A stretch of DNA of 64,000 nt from Marsupella aquatica (taxonomy: Eukaryota; Plantae; Marchantiophyta): positions 12,566,549 through 12,630,548 of the forward strand of contig OZ316896.1 in the NCBI GenBank assembly GCA_973895155.1, read 5' to 3'. Of the stretch, positions 25,270 to 37,371 are shown piece by piece. The stretch's first letter is position 1. Each line of letters opens with the position of its first letter. The translations under genes and the position numbers were made by a program. A model generated the notes under the pieces. The model saw only the letters and a list, made by a program, of their open reading frames with translations, was not told the origin of the DNA and made no database searches.

Positions 25270-26450
25270 CTTGACTTGTGATCAAAGAGCACTTCGCTCA
25301 CAATTTTGTGTGTGCCAAATTTCAGTATTGGATTTGTGATCAAAGAGTGCTTGGGTCACAACAAGAGTGAAAGAATCATCGTTGTCTCTGGATTTCCTAT
25401 CCATACCACCCAAGACTCCAAGACTCGACCACAGCTGCCCCACCCCAGGGTGCAAAAACTTCTTGTGAGCTGAGTTTCACTGCTAAGTTTGTGATCGAAG
25501 AGCGCGTGGATCACCAAGAACCTGAACGCATCTTCTTTTTCTGTTAAAGTTCTTGTTCATAGTTACCACCCAAAGAGTCAATCACAGCTACGCCACCCTG
25601 GATGCAATTTCTCGTGGACTAATTTTCAATACTAGGTCTGTGATCAACAAGTGCTTCCATCACAAGACGACTGAAGGAATCTTCTTTGTCTCCGTCTTCT
25701 GTTTCCATACACCCAAAGATCGAAATCACACTTACCCTACCCAGCTTGCAATTTCTTGTGGGCTAAATTTCAATACGAGGTCCCTGACCAAAAGAGTGCT
25801 TCCATCACAAGAAGATTGAATTATTTTTATTTATCTCTGTATTTTCTTCTCGATACACTCAAAGACCCAATTATTCTACCCTACCCTCTGATGCAATTCC
25901 TTGTGGACTAAATTTCAATACTAAATTTCAATACTAAATTTCAATACTTGTCTAAGTTATTGACCAAAGAGTGCTTCCATCACAAGAAGATTGACTAATC
26001 TTATTTGTCTCTATATTTTCTTCTCCGTACATCCAAAGACCCAATCACTACCCTACCCACTGATGCAATTTCTTGTGGACTAAATTTGAATACTAGGTCT
26101 TGGAACAAAGAGTGTGCACTTACATCACCAAAAGATTGAACTAATCTAGTTATTTGTCTCTAGCTTTTCTACTCCGTACACCCAGAGACCCAATCACCAC
26201 TGTACCCTCTGATGCAATTTCTTGTGGACGAAATTTAATTACTAAAGTTGAATATTAGGTCCATGACCAAAGAGTGCTTCCATCACAAAAAGATTGTCTT
26301 TGTATTCCTAATCCGTACACCCAGAGACCCAAGCACTACTCTACCCTCTAACGCAATTTCTTATGGAGTAAATGATAATACTGGGGTCCATGATCAAAGA
26401 GTGCTCGCATCACAAGAAAAATTGATGATATCTTCTTTGTATCCGAATTA
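25270..26450. repeat. Degenerate tandem array, about 8 units of roughly 130-175 bp (modal about 146)
   Basis: The motif aaagagtgcttccatcacaag...gatgcaatttcttgtggactaaatttcaatactaggtc recurs near 25342, 25497, 25645, 25791, 25965, 26107, 26269 and 26396. Confidence 0.85.
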
Positions 26451-27294
26451 ACAACAGAAGATTTTGAGAGCACATGCCATAAACCCCTCATTAGACCTGG
26501 GCAAGTCACCAAATACAGTCAGATCTGACACCTAGAAATGTTTTCAGGGAAACCAGTCACTTAATTATATTCATGATCATGATAGTACAAAACTATGGGT
26601 CGTCCTGCGCTATAAATATTTTTCCAGGACCAGTTAGAGAGGTTTAGATATGTGTAAAATCTCCGAAAGTTCCTTCATTCCAAGTTGCTTTCCATGATAA
26701 ATTAAAATACATTTCTTTGGAGGACTCGATCTAATGTCAACAATATTAAACTATAAGCATATAATTGCAATCAAAAGCTAACTCTGGGTCAACTATCTAG
26801 AGCAAAGCAAAGCCTGTAGAGGACAGTGACTCTAACTAAGGGCATAAGTGAAAGTGCAAACAAAAAACAGGGAATGATATTGAGGACAGATATGAATGGG
26901 AAATAACAAGAAATTCTTTTTTTGCAGGTCTGTTTTGTGTCAAACTAGACGAACCCAAACATAAGTGACTCCAAAGTAAACATTATGTATGATATTCTTG
27001 TGAAGGCACCTCTAGACACTTAGAATTTTCTAGATAGTATATATGGATACACTTTATTTGATCTCCATTCTTATAATTAGAGGACAGATTGTATATGGAT
27101 ACTTAGGTATGATTGTTTTGGGGACATCAAACAGGGTACCCAATGAGTTTGTGCTATGCAACCTTAGAGGCTAAGTATAGAAACTTCTTAGTTTTTTGAA
27201 ATTAATTATATAAAGAAAACCAGCTTAGTTTTAGGTATGAGACCTTAGTAAAGTTCAAATTAAAGTCATCTTGAAAGTCTGTTAACCACACATG

Positions 27295-27660
27295 AGTGCT
27301 GCTCTGGGGTGTCACTATATGGAGGGCCATATATCACGTGCAATGTTTTAGGGTTTGACCTCGCTAACTTATAAATGAAAAATATTGTTTTTGTAAAACC
27401 CTTTCGTTCTTTAAATTTTATCATTTTTTACTAAAAAAACTGCTAAATACTTTAAATGATTTTTTTATAATTAAATAAAACTATATATTCTTTAAAACCG
27501 ACCAATCAATAAAACATACACTATGTGTTTTTCCTAACTAATGTTATACCTTTACATTACACCCTAAAACCCTAACTAAATGCTCCTATATAAATCTTCT
27601 ATGTTATAATGTTTTGGTCATGACTCAGTGCAATGTAAAGGTCACCCATGCAAGGCCTTG
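27295..27660. mobile_element. AT-rich MITE-like element related to 45360-45680
   Basis: The start gtgctgctctggggtgtcactatatggaggg matches the reverse complement of cctccatatagtgaaactccccagggtgcac at about 45645-45675. The interior is AT-rich. Confidence 0.45.
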
Positions 27661-29869
27661 TTAGACAAGAGCCACTTGGCATTCATTTTGGACAAACCCA
27701 TTCCTCCAGGGAGACCTTCACCTCACACTAAAGACTCTATGGTAACAATACTGGGTTTAATTGATTGATGAGGCTCTTTTCATCAGGGTTCCTTTAGACC
27801 AAAAAGAATTAAAAGATATGGGTGACATGAAATGATTCACCACTTCTCCATTCAGCAAAGCGCCTTTGAAAATGGCTCTCATATTTATCGCTCGCGTTGC
27901 CTGGAAACAAGGCACTTGTACGTAGCCACTCTTAACAGAAGGAAAGCTCATTGTCAAACAAAATGCCGGTAATAATGCATCACCATTAATTCTCTTTCGA
28001 GCGAATGCATCACCTTCGTCCATGCTGTTCAGGGAAGTTTGTGATCACTTGCAAAAGACCACCATAGGCATCGAGATATCCACCGTCCCAACACAACGAG
28101 ATCGATCGAGGACACTTGTCTTTACAGAATGATGTGGCCTGGGGAGTCACAGACTGCGGACTGAATGCCAAAACAAATCGAATGCACGGTTCAAACTGGA
28201 GTTGTGGGTGCAATGGATGCGGTGTGCACAATCGTAACTATGTTGATGATGAAGCACGCAGACAGAGGCGACTTCAACTTACTGAATTGAATGGCGGTAC
28301 CGTCGTACGTACCTGCTGGATCACATCAGTCAGGTCCAAAGGTCCACTACAAGTGCACAACCGATCCCTCACGGCAGAACCATTTATGAGGCTATACAGA
28401 TCCAAGGCTCAAATCTTCCTTGTAAGACTTCCAGACCATGCCCGCCGTTGATTGACGCTGGGTTGGTGAAAATGTTTATGACAGACTTGGACAAGTGTGC
28501 AGCGCCTGGCAATTCAAGCCTGGCATGACGGATTCTAGAGTTGGGACTCAGGAGGCAGGGTGCACTACATGATAACTGAAACGAAATACGGACTGTGGAT
28601 CGAGTGTTGAAGGTCAACTATCGTCTGACTCTAATAAGTATTGAATACTTTTAGCTTAGTATTCAGTAGGCCCAAGTGCTCAATCGTGTAAATTCAAGGT
28701 TTTACCAAAGAGAAATCGGCAGGCAGCAACTGTATAGATACTATTCTTCGAAAATTTTACCAGGGAACACCGATGACTAGCTTTTTACTTGCAGCTCGGG
28801 CACTAAGGATTATTAACGACGTTACTATCGACGACTTTTTAGAGGTCGATTTGGCGTTTCTGATATTAAACAATTAAACGGGCTCGCGTTGATATATCAT
28901 TCTCTCCCAGTACGAAAGCTGAGAACTATATTATCATGACAAATCATAACAACTCTTTCTCGCATTCATTCACTTCCGTAACGTCGACGACTTACAGCTT
29001 GAGACTCGGTACAGTCATGGTTTATCGTCACATACATAGATCGAGCTGAGTGGACTGACCGAGTATGTCCGTGAATGCTTGCCACCATGCTTTGATCGAT
29101 GACGCTCTAGATCGATTAGCCTGGATGGGTGGCAATAAGGCAAGGTTTTGCTGAGGCGGTGCGGACTGAGAGAGTGAGTGGGTGGTTGGGTTTAATGCCA
29201 ATTAAATAGTTCAGTTATTATTACATCCGTCTGGTCCTGAGCCAGGATTGCCGCACAGCAGCTGCAGATCGATCGGGTACATGGGACGGAAATTGCTCGG
29301 ATCCTGCAAGATCGCGCGTCACGGATGGATTCGAACAGATCCATCGACGCGCGCGCGGTTGCCACCACAAGGCTGCAGTCAGACAACGCTGCCGCAGCAT
29401 ACCCGAGGATCAAGTAACGAAACAGAGTAACAGACCAATGTGCACGCTCTCTCGCCGCTCCGACTCCAACAATCCGGTAACTTACTGTACTGTCCAGCAT
29501 AGTCCAGCCAGGGATGGTGGAGTCGAAAATCCGAACCAATTTTGAAACAAATATAGAAATGACCTTATCTTACCGGTCTTGTCAAACAGAATGCTCTCGG
29601 GTTTGGGAACTCGCGCTGTACACTGCTGTGGCTTCGGTTTCACACGAACGTGACGAATTTCCGTCTCAAATCCCAGAAAATAAGCAATTCGAAACGGTCG
29701 TAACGAGACAATTCATGGAGGTGGATTGTTTGCATTGAATTTCTTGGCCAGGGTAGGTTACATGTGAAAGGTAAAGCCCTCCTACACCCGCTCGTGTATG
29801 GGTGATGCGGAGGTGACGAATTACGGTCTCAAATCCCACAATATAAGCAATTCGGAACCGTTACTATCA

Positions 29870-32800
29870 TATCGGCATTCATTTCGGTGACGATATTTTT
29901 GTTAGTTTATTTTGCTTTGTGATGATTCCGAGTTTTTCAGTAGACTCGAGCCGCAAATAGGAGACCACTATTCGGACCCATTGGTGAGTTAAATTCTGTG
30001 GGCAAATAGTACCCATGAAACCACTCTTTCGGCTCAGTGGTGAATTGTCGCAAAGTCTCCTCCAAAAACAAAACTTCCCAAAACCAATGGTGGATATCCG
30101 CTCATTACGGCCTCATCGAGCTCCCCAGCGAGAAGTTAATCCAGCACTAGGGTGGCCTTCGCCAGTGTCTGTTGAGTCCATCGTCACGAAGCTAAAGGTG
30201 ACATATGTTCAGTGACCTAGCTAACAAGAAAAACTAGTTTCGCCCTGGGTAAAGTGTCGAAAAAGAATTTATGAGTTTCTACTTCACTTCTAGGCAGAAG
30301 TGACCACCACTTGTCCAGGATGCCGGACTTTGGGAAAAATTTTACTAGTTTATTTACGTAGTTTCATTTTTCAACATAAGTCTATTGTACAACCGTGAAC
30401 TACTGTAGCTCTCCAAAACATCTACCACTAGTCTGTAAAGGTGCCCACTCAGTGTCTTAGAGAGAGATCACGATCCCATAATAAGGTGTATGGGATCGAG
30501 TTGAAAGACGGGGATCTTTTTTTTGGTGAAGTACGTAGGCATAATTCTCAGCCAGGCTCGAAACTACTCAGACGAGGGCCATCCACGCTCCACAGTCATC
30601 CATGGTCAGCCCGAAGCACGCCATTTCAACGCTTAGTACCGGTCTTGTTTGCACTTTTCGTGGTCGCTTTCTTGGTCTTTGCTCGGTCCACTTTCAACTG
30701 TCAGTAGTCTTTCAACTGTCTGTAGTCGTCTCCTGAACTTTCCGGGATCAGTTGTTAGTTGTACCTCCTGTGACTTTATGCTCGACGCTTAGAGGGAAAC
30801 GAAAGAGAGTTTCCGAACCTCTCTCCCTCTTTCCCCGGTTCTCTGTGTTTTACCTCTACAGTTTCATTCTTGGATTTCACATTCGGTTGCTTGTACCATT
30901 TATTTGTCACCACATTTATGACGATGCAATCCCAACAAGAGGCGGAAACGCAAAGATGTCCCCGAAGCTCCATTTGAACCACAGATATTTGCACACTGAA
31001 TGCTGTTGGAGAATTAGGCAAAAGGATCAGTCCGGGGATCAGTCTTTTCTTCCTTGGTCATCAAAACGAACTATATTCATAAATTTGAATTTGATAGGTT
31101 ACAGTATAGAGGAAGTCCGTGAACAATCAGTCTTGCCATCACAGAAGACCAGCCTCCCCACGGCTGATCCTCAATTCATTACTTCTGCAGAAGTCCAGAA
31201 TTTCCAATTGGGACCTTTAACTATCAACGAGTGTACTTGTGGTGAATGACACCCATAATCCAATGTTCCATGTTAATTGTAATTGACATACTCTGCAAAG
31301 ATTTGCAAGTTATATGATTTGACTGGGACTTCATCGAAGAGAATTATTTACAATCTTCGGTGTGAGGGTATCCAGATCATTCACAGGAATCGGGACGAGC
31401 GTGGCCACAATCTTGTTAAATTTCCGGACGGAAGAAATCGAAGGCACGACGTGATAAAAGTACAGTAACTTGACAATGAAAACATTAAGACCACATTCAT
31501 TTGGTCATGCTAGAGAGGTCCGAATTTACACGTCCTCGAATGTTCTGGGAACATGTCGACAAAGTTCGGTCTAGGGTATAGGGTGGTGTTGATAACAGGA
31601 CCTGGGCGCAAATTTCGGGTTTGAATTCGAGACAGGGAACAAAAATGCAGGCCAGCAAATTCAGCTTTCCACTGTGGTGATTTGCCACTGGAGCTACGAA
31701 AGCTAGAAACTGTAGTGTGGCTAGCTTATTCCAGTGCTACAGGCCAAGGAACTTCGCGATGGAATGCTTGATCTTGCATATTAGGAGTATAAAAAATTGC
31801 CCATGCCTCGAGAACGAGGGGAGTAAGTTGATTCCGTCCGAGCGTCCGCGCCCGGCCATATCTCAGGCCTTTAAAAAGGTTGTGGTAGGTGAGTAAACAA
31901 AGGCTGTGCCAGGGCTCAGTAGTACGGTTGCCACTAACTCGAAACTCACGAGCATGACATGATGGCCGAAGGCACACAGCCAATGTCCATCTAGGCTGGG
32001 CCCGTCAAGGTTACCTGTCAACAGTTTGGCTCAATTCCATGGAAAGCTTTTCAGAAAGACAGTGTCGCCACAACGAGCATTTTACCAAAATTGGACACCC
32101 TGTAATACTTTCCACCGCAGGGAAATGACACTGACACACTGGAATCCTAAGGAGGAGGGTGCCCCCGGAAAAGAAACTTACACATATTCAGGTCCGGGAT
32201 AAACACAATCATGAGGGACAGAAACAACAACAACAATCGATCGATTGAAAGAAATGCAAAGACGTACTAATGTGGGGGAATATATGGCAGGTAAGGACAG
32301 TAACTACATGCTCCAGACGAACGGACTCTGAGCGTACGGTATTTCTGACAGATCTCGAGCCAGTTACTAATCCACAAGAAAGCTGGCATGTCTATGGTAT
32401 GTACCAGCCGGCATCCTTCTACGGTACCGTCCAATGTGGTATTATAATTGATTGAGATAATAATAATGAGAGAAAATTAAGTAGGAGATACAGTCCACCG
32501 ATCTACCATGTACAGTCACGTTCATTTCACCAGCAGGAATCCTCTGAACAGATTTTGCATTCCTGTTGCATTACTCAGGGGCACGGAACGAAATTCAGAG
32601 GAAACCTACCAATGTTTCTTTTCAGGAGTGAATTGATTTTGTCCAAATAGATGTCCACGGTACTGTAGTTGGCAGTACTTTGGGTGGGACAGAGAATACA
32701 TGCGTGCTATTCCCTTCTATACTCGTGAAGGAAGACAGACCATGCATGTGTTGTGTGCTGTTTCAATGGATGAAATTCAATGAAAATTTTCAAGGCAAAT

Positions 32801-33500
32801 AACAACATAGACATGTTTGAATTGTAGATCATTTTGGGACTAGCCGCAGTTCTTCAACTGTGATCTCCTACCTATGCCAACAACAGATCTTGTTTTCTTG
32901 TATGGTATGTATTTCCCTTGAGATGATAGCCCCCTGAAGATTTCCAATATAATGGGAAAGAATACGATGCTAGCGTGTCGTTCCAAATGCTCACGATACA
33001 TAGGTGCTTCTTATAATCCATGTATGAATCCATCCGGCTCCTAAATCCTGGACGTGGTCTACAGTACAGTACAGTATTGCGGGCCGTTTCGTACAATTGG
33101 CTTATTAATGCTCTCTTTCGTGGATCTGCTCAGCGCAACCACCATTACCGTAATGAAGGCTACCTGAGGTGACCAGCTTTAATCCAGCTAGCCTGAATAC
33201 TTGTCCGAGGCTCCTGCAGAGGATTTGACCAGAGTCCCAGACCGATTTTTAGCTACAATAACTATTTCCTTGCTACTGATCGTCAGCAAAGTATTGTCAT
33301 TTGAGCATCGATACGATTCTTCGGCTAGAGGTTCGATTACTTGATGACAGAGTAAAGCAACAAGTCCGCGTCTGACAAGTCATATAGCTAGACACAAGTG
33401 TCGGCAAGACTTGGTTATGGTCAGTAACCAGCGAGGAAGGACGATTCTAAAGGGACTAGACCCAGCATCACTCTGGGGCGTTTGCATGTTCTTCTAAAGA
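29870..33500 (+). repeat. Right arm (non-coding part) of the inverted duplication; far-upstream region of the intact ABCG gene
   Basis: The matched blocks are listed for 20620-24860. Block order is preserved in mirror orientation. Confidence 0.88.
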
Positions 33501-33591
33501 TCTACTTTGAACATACTGTCTACGTGCCAGGTTCACAGGAAGACTCCTCGAGCTTGCACTTATCCAGATATGGTAACTAAGTATACATTTT

Positions 33592-33909
33592 TTGGTTTGG
33601 GTGCATGGGATGTCATATATCACTCCACATGTGCGCCGTCTGCATTACTCATTAAGTGCATGGGAAATCGTGTATGTACTGATATGTGTTCGAAAGTAAT
33701 GCACAGCACTCCTCATAGCGGGTCCTCATATTGAACCATTCTAAATCGATCTTTGGTTTGGGTGCGTGGGATGTCATATACCGCTCCACATCTGCACCGT
33801 CTGCATTACTCATTAAGGGCATGGGAATCGTGTAGGTAGTCATGGTGTTCGAAAGAAGTGCACAACACTCCTCATAGCGGGTCCTCATATTGCACCATTC
33901 GAAATCGTT
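33592..33909. repeat. Tandem duplication, 2 x about 160 bp
   Basis: tttggtttgggtgc(a/g)tgggatgtcatata...cactcctcatagcgggtcctcatattg occurs at 33592 and 33752. Confidence 0.9.
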
Positions 33910-35732
33910 TGCGTGGATGAGTGAGGGGGGGCCCCTTTACGAGACCATTGGGTGTCTCTTCATCCAAAACAAAGCTCTTAGCCAATTCCATATTGTAAGG
34001 TTTTTCTTTTTTTCAATTTAAAATTTTAATGGGAAAACTGTGAAACCCTGCAGTAAGGGAGGCAAAGGCCATAGAAGCTAGTTACAAAATTTGAACCCAA
34101 GACCTATGAGTCACTACTTAAGTGAACTAGAACTAACACAGCCATGCTTGCTTCAGCCCATACACTCAGGTTAAAAATACCTGAGCCAAAATGTGTCAGG
34201 TTTGGACCAAGAAAATAAAACAATGCAATACCCTTAATATAAGCGGTCACTTGCTCCATTTTTGTTTACCACCTCAAGAGGAGGTCTAACTAATTAAAGT
34301 ATTTGGCAAAAAAGCATGTACACATCAACAACAAGTGACCCACACTGGGCCATCTGGCACATGACTAGGATGGGTAATGTTTATGAATGTTTCATTCTGC
34401 CCCCAAAATCATGTATATTTTAATGTGAAGAGTCACAAGTTCTCACATTGAATGGCCAGGATTGCATCTCACACATAGAAAATTGGAACTGCTGCCCCAA
34501 GTCCTTGTAAAGCCCCCATACTGATAAATGATAAATGCCTGCTTACACTTAAACATGAAAATGCACTTACGTATTTGTTGTTTAATGATGGTTGAGGGGC
34601 ACGTATAGAATATGCATTTTTTTGCACATTTTTTTTGTAATTCTAGGGCCAGCCAACTCTTCCCCACGAATGCAGCTATCAATGATGGACTCAGGCATGG
34701 TGGAGATGAACAAACAGACATGGGGAAGAGTGTGCAGATTGAAGGCTGATAACCACAGTTGCACTGCTTGAGGTTCCATTTCCAACCAAAAAAAACTGCC
34801 TCCTTGACCACCATTTTTGCATGAAGTCAAATAGTATATCCTTAGCAAATCGATAGAAAGAAGGAGTTTTATTCATACTCCATTTTTTCCAATTGCCTTG
34901 TTCCAATGCCAGGTGTTTTTTCTTAGATTTTTACTCATTATTGATCTATTACCTGAACACTTCTTTTTTCAAGATCTGCTTAATAATAAATGTGATTCTT
35001 GATGGAATTCTCCCTGGCTATTAGATCAATATGATGACATTTTTCTGTACAATAAGATGGACCTAAAGGTGTGCAGCTCCTCTTACATTAGTTCAACAAC
35101 TAGTTTGGCAGTCACCCTCCCTTCCAAGGCGTAGTTCTATCTTAGAGCCGGCCTCCCCCGCCTCTTGGACATGCATGCATGAACCTTACTTTGGTCTTCC
35201 TTGGGTGTTGTCCTCCCTTTTGTGGGCCATCCTGGCGCTGCATGCTGACTTCCTATGGAATTCAATTGCCTGGATGTCTCAAGGCAACCTGGCACACGCC
35301 AAGAAAGCCCAAGGCAAGGCTGCAGGCCAGGGACCAATGAGACCCTAAGCGACAAGATGAACAGAGATTAAATCTTCAAGTTTCCAAAGCCAAGTAGATG
35401 TAACAGTACCACAGTGGAATTAAACTACATTATGAGCACAGCTCCATATATGAGCAAATTCAGTTGCAAGGGGTTGCAAGGCCAAACTCCTCATTGTGGG
35501 TTCCAACCCATGTCATTATGAACTTCCTCTGGCCATCAAGTTTTGGGGAGGACAAACGAGTGGAATTATTTGGACTTATTTAGTAATTTGGATGTGCCAA
35601 GTTTTGCGTCGTGGTCTGTTAGCCACTGACCAGCAGGTTCGGGGGACAAAGAGTGTAATTATTTCCCTTTTTTTTCAAACATTTTGAACTTATTTTAATA
35701 GCCTGGATCCACCAGATTTTCCATCACGGCCA

Positions 35733-35898
35733 GTGGGGCTTTAAATAGTCACTAGCCATATAAAAGGGGGAAGTGTCCAAGTCTTCTTTTTTTTTCACAT
35801 TACTTACATTCTTCTTGTGGGGCTTTAAATAGGCACTAGCCATATAAAAGGGAAGTGTCCAAGTCTTCTCTTTTTTTCACATTACTCTCATTCTTCTT
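35733..35898. repeat. Tandem duplication, 2 x about 83 bp
   Basis: gtggggctttaaatag(t/g)cactagccatataaaaggg...gtgtccaagtcttc occurs at 35733 and 35817. Confidence 0.9.
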
Positions 35899-37371
35899 CT
35901 CTCCAGTTCCAGATTGCTCCACAAATTCAAGAAGGGATACTATTTATGATAAAATCATATTTTTGTCATGGCTAGTGGTAGTTTAAAGATGTCTTTGCAT
36001 TGACCTGTCTTTGCTTGTGCCAATCTTAGTAAGGGGTTTATGAGAGCAAGCCTTTCTATAATCAGCCAACCTGAGTTTTCTTTTTTTTGGGGGGGGGGAA
36101 GGGTCTTTGCCAGTAAAACTTGAGCAACCCTATGGGAAGGGGGGACAACCTGGGGTTGATTGGCAGGATCCTGTTGGTGCCATCCATGTGCTTGTTGGGC
36201 TCGAATGGTTTGCCAACACTTGCTCGGTCATTCGACAACGTCGTTTGTTACTTATATGACATGTGTTCGTATAAATGCTCACCTACCATTTTGGGACCCT
36301 CGTTTGCTGTTACTCCTGTGTCCCTTGTTTGGCCCTTTCTGTAAATTGGTCCTGTTGTATCAATTTGGGTGTCATTGTGTCAAAGAGTATTTGGTCCATC
36401 CCAGCCCTCAGGTCAAGCCCTGTGGTCCATCCAAGCATCTTATCAACCTCCTGGGGTTCCCGCCAGTGGTGTGGTTTCATAATATCTGGTACCCTCCAGT
36501 GTCATGAGAAAGTGCACGGTAAATAAATGGAAGGAAGCCATAATTGGCCGATGGTGGGCCCGAAATTCCACACTGAATCGTCCATTTATTTGACGGAACA
36601 TGAAGATCAGTGTGGAGGAGACCTGATAGCCCGGGCCTGATAGTGAGGCTCTTCTCTGTCTCCGTGTTCTCTTCATTCGGGAGTACGACGGACACAAAGA
36701 AGCTGTCATTCAGTTCATTCTCCCGTGTACCACTCTGATTTCAGCTCATTTTTGAGCGCGCGCTCACTCGAACTAGCCCGATGGAGACGAAGCTCCCGAA
36801 CTGCTGCAGAGTGGAGTGGAGTGGCGCTGAATAGGTTCTCAGTCGCCGTGCGCGGCTTCAGTAGCTCGCCAAATAGTGGGAAGGATGGAAAGCTCGACGT
36901 CGACTTTGGTTCAAGACGTCGACTTCGTCTTGAAATGTTTGGAAGGATAGTCACATCGTTGAACAAGTACATGTCTGTAGTACCACAACGGAATGATGCG
37001 AAGTACATGGCAGCTGAATGCGGTCTCGGATTCTGTTGCGGCTATTTGACATGCAAATGAACGAGTGTTGCAGAGGTTTGCAACCAGCTCCACATTTTGG
37101 CCACTTGAGATTTTTCTACTGAAGAGTCAATTTGAACGTTTCGTTGTTTGCCTTTCTTTCTTACTACAGAATCGATTCAAAGCTTCATGACAATGCAGAA
37201 TAGATATGTCCCGATACTCTGCTGTAATTGAGAAGGTTGCGTATGGAGACTCCTTACCTGTGGACGCCGTCAGTTTCTAGGCTTCTTACTGCATGACTGT
37301 ACAGTAGTTGGAGATCGATATCTAAGCTTAGGTCACGGGCTTGCCAGGTATCGTCGATCGTAGACAAACGC

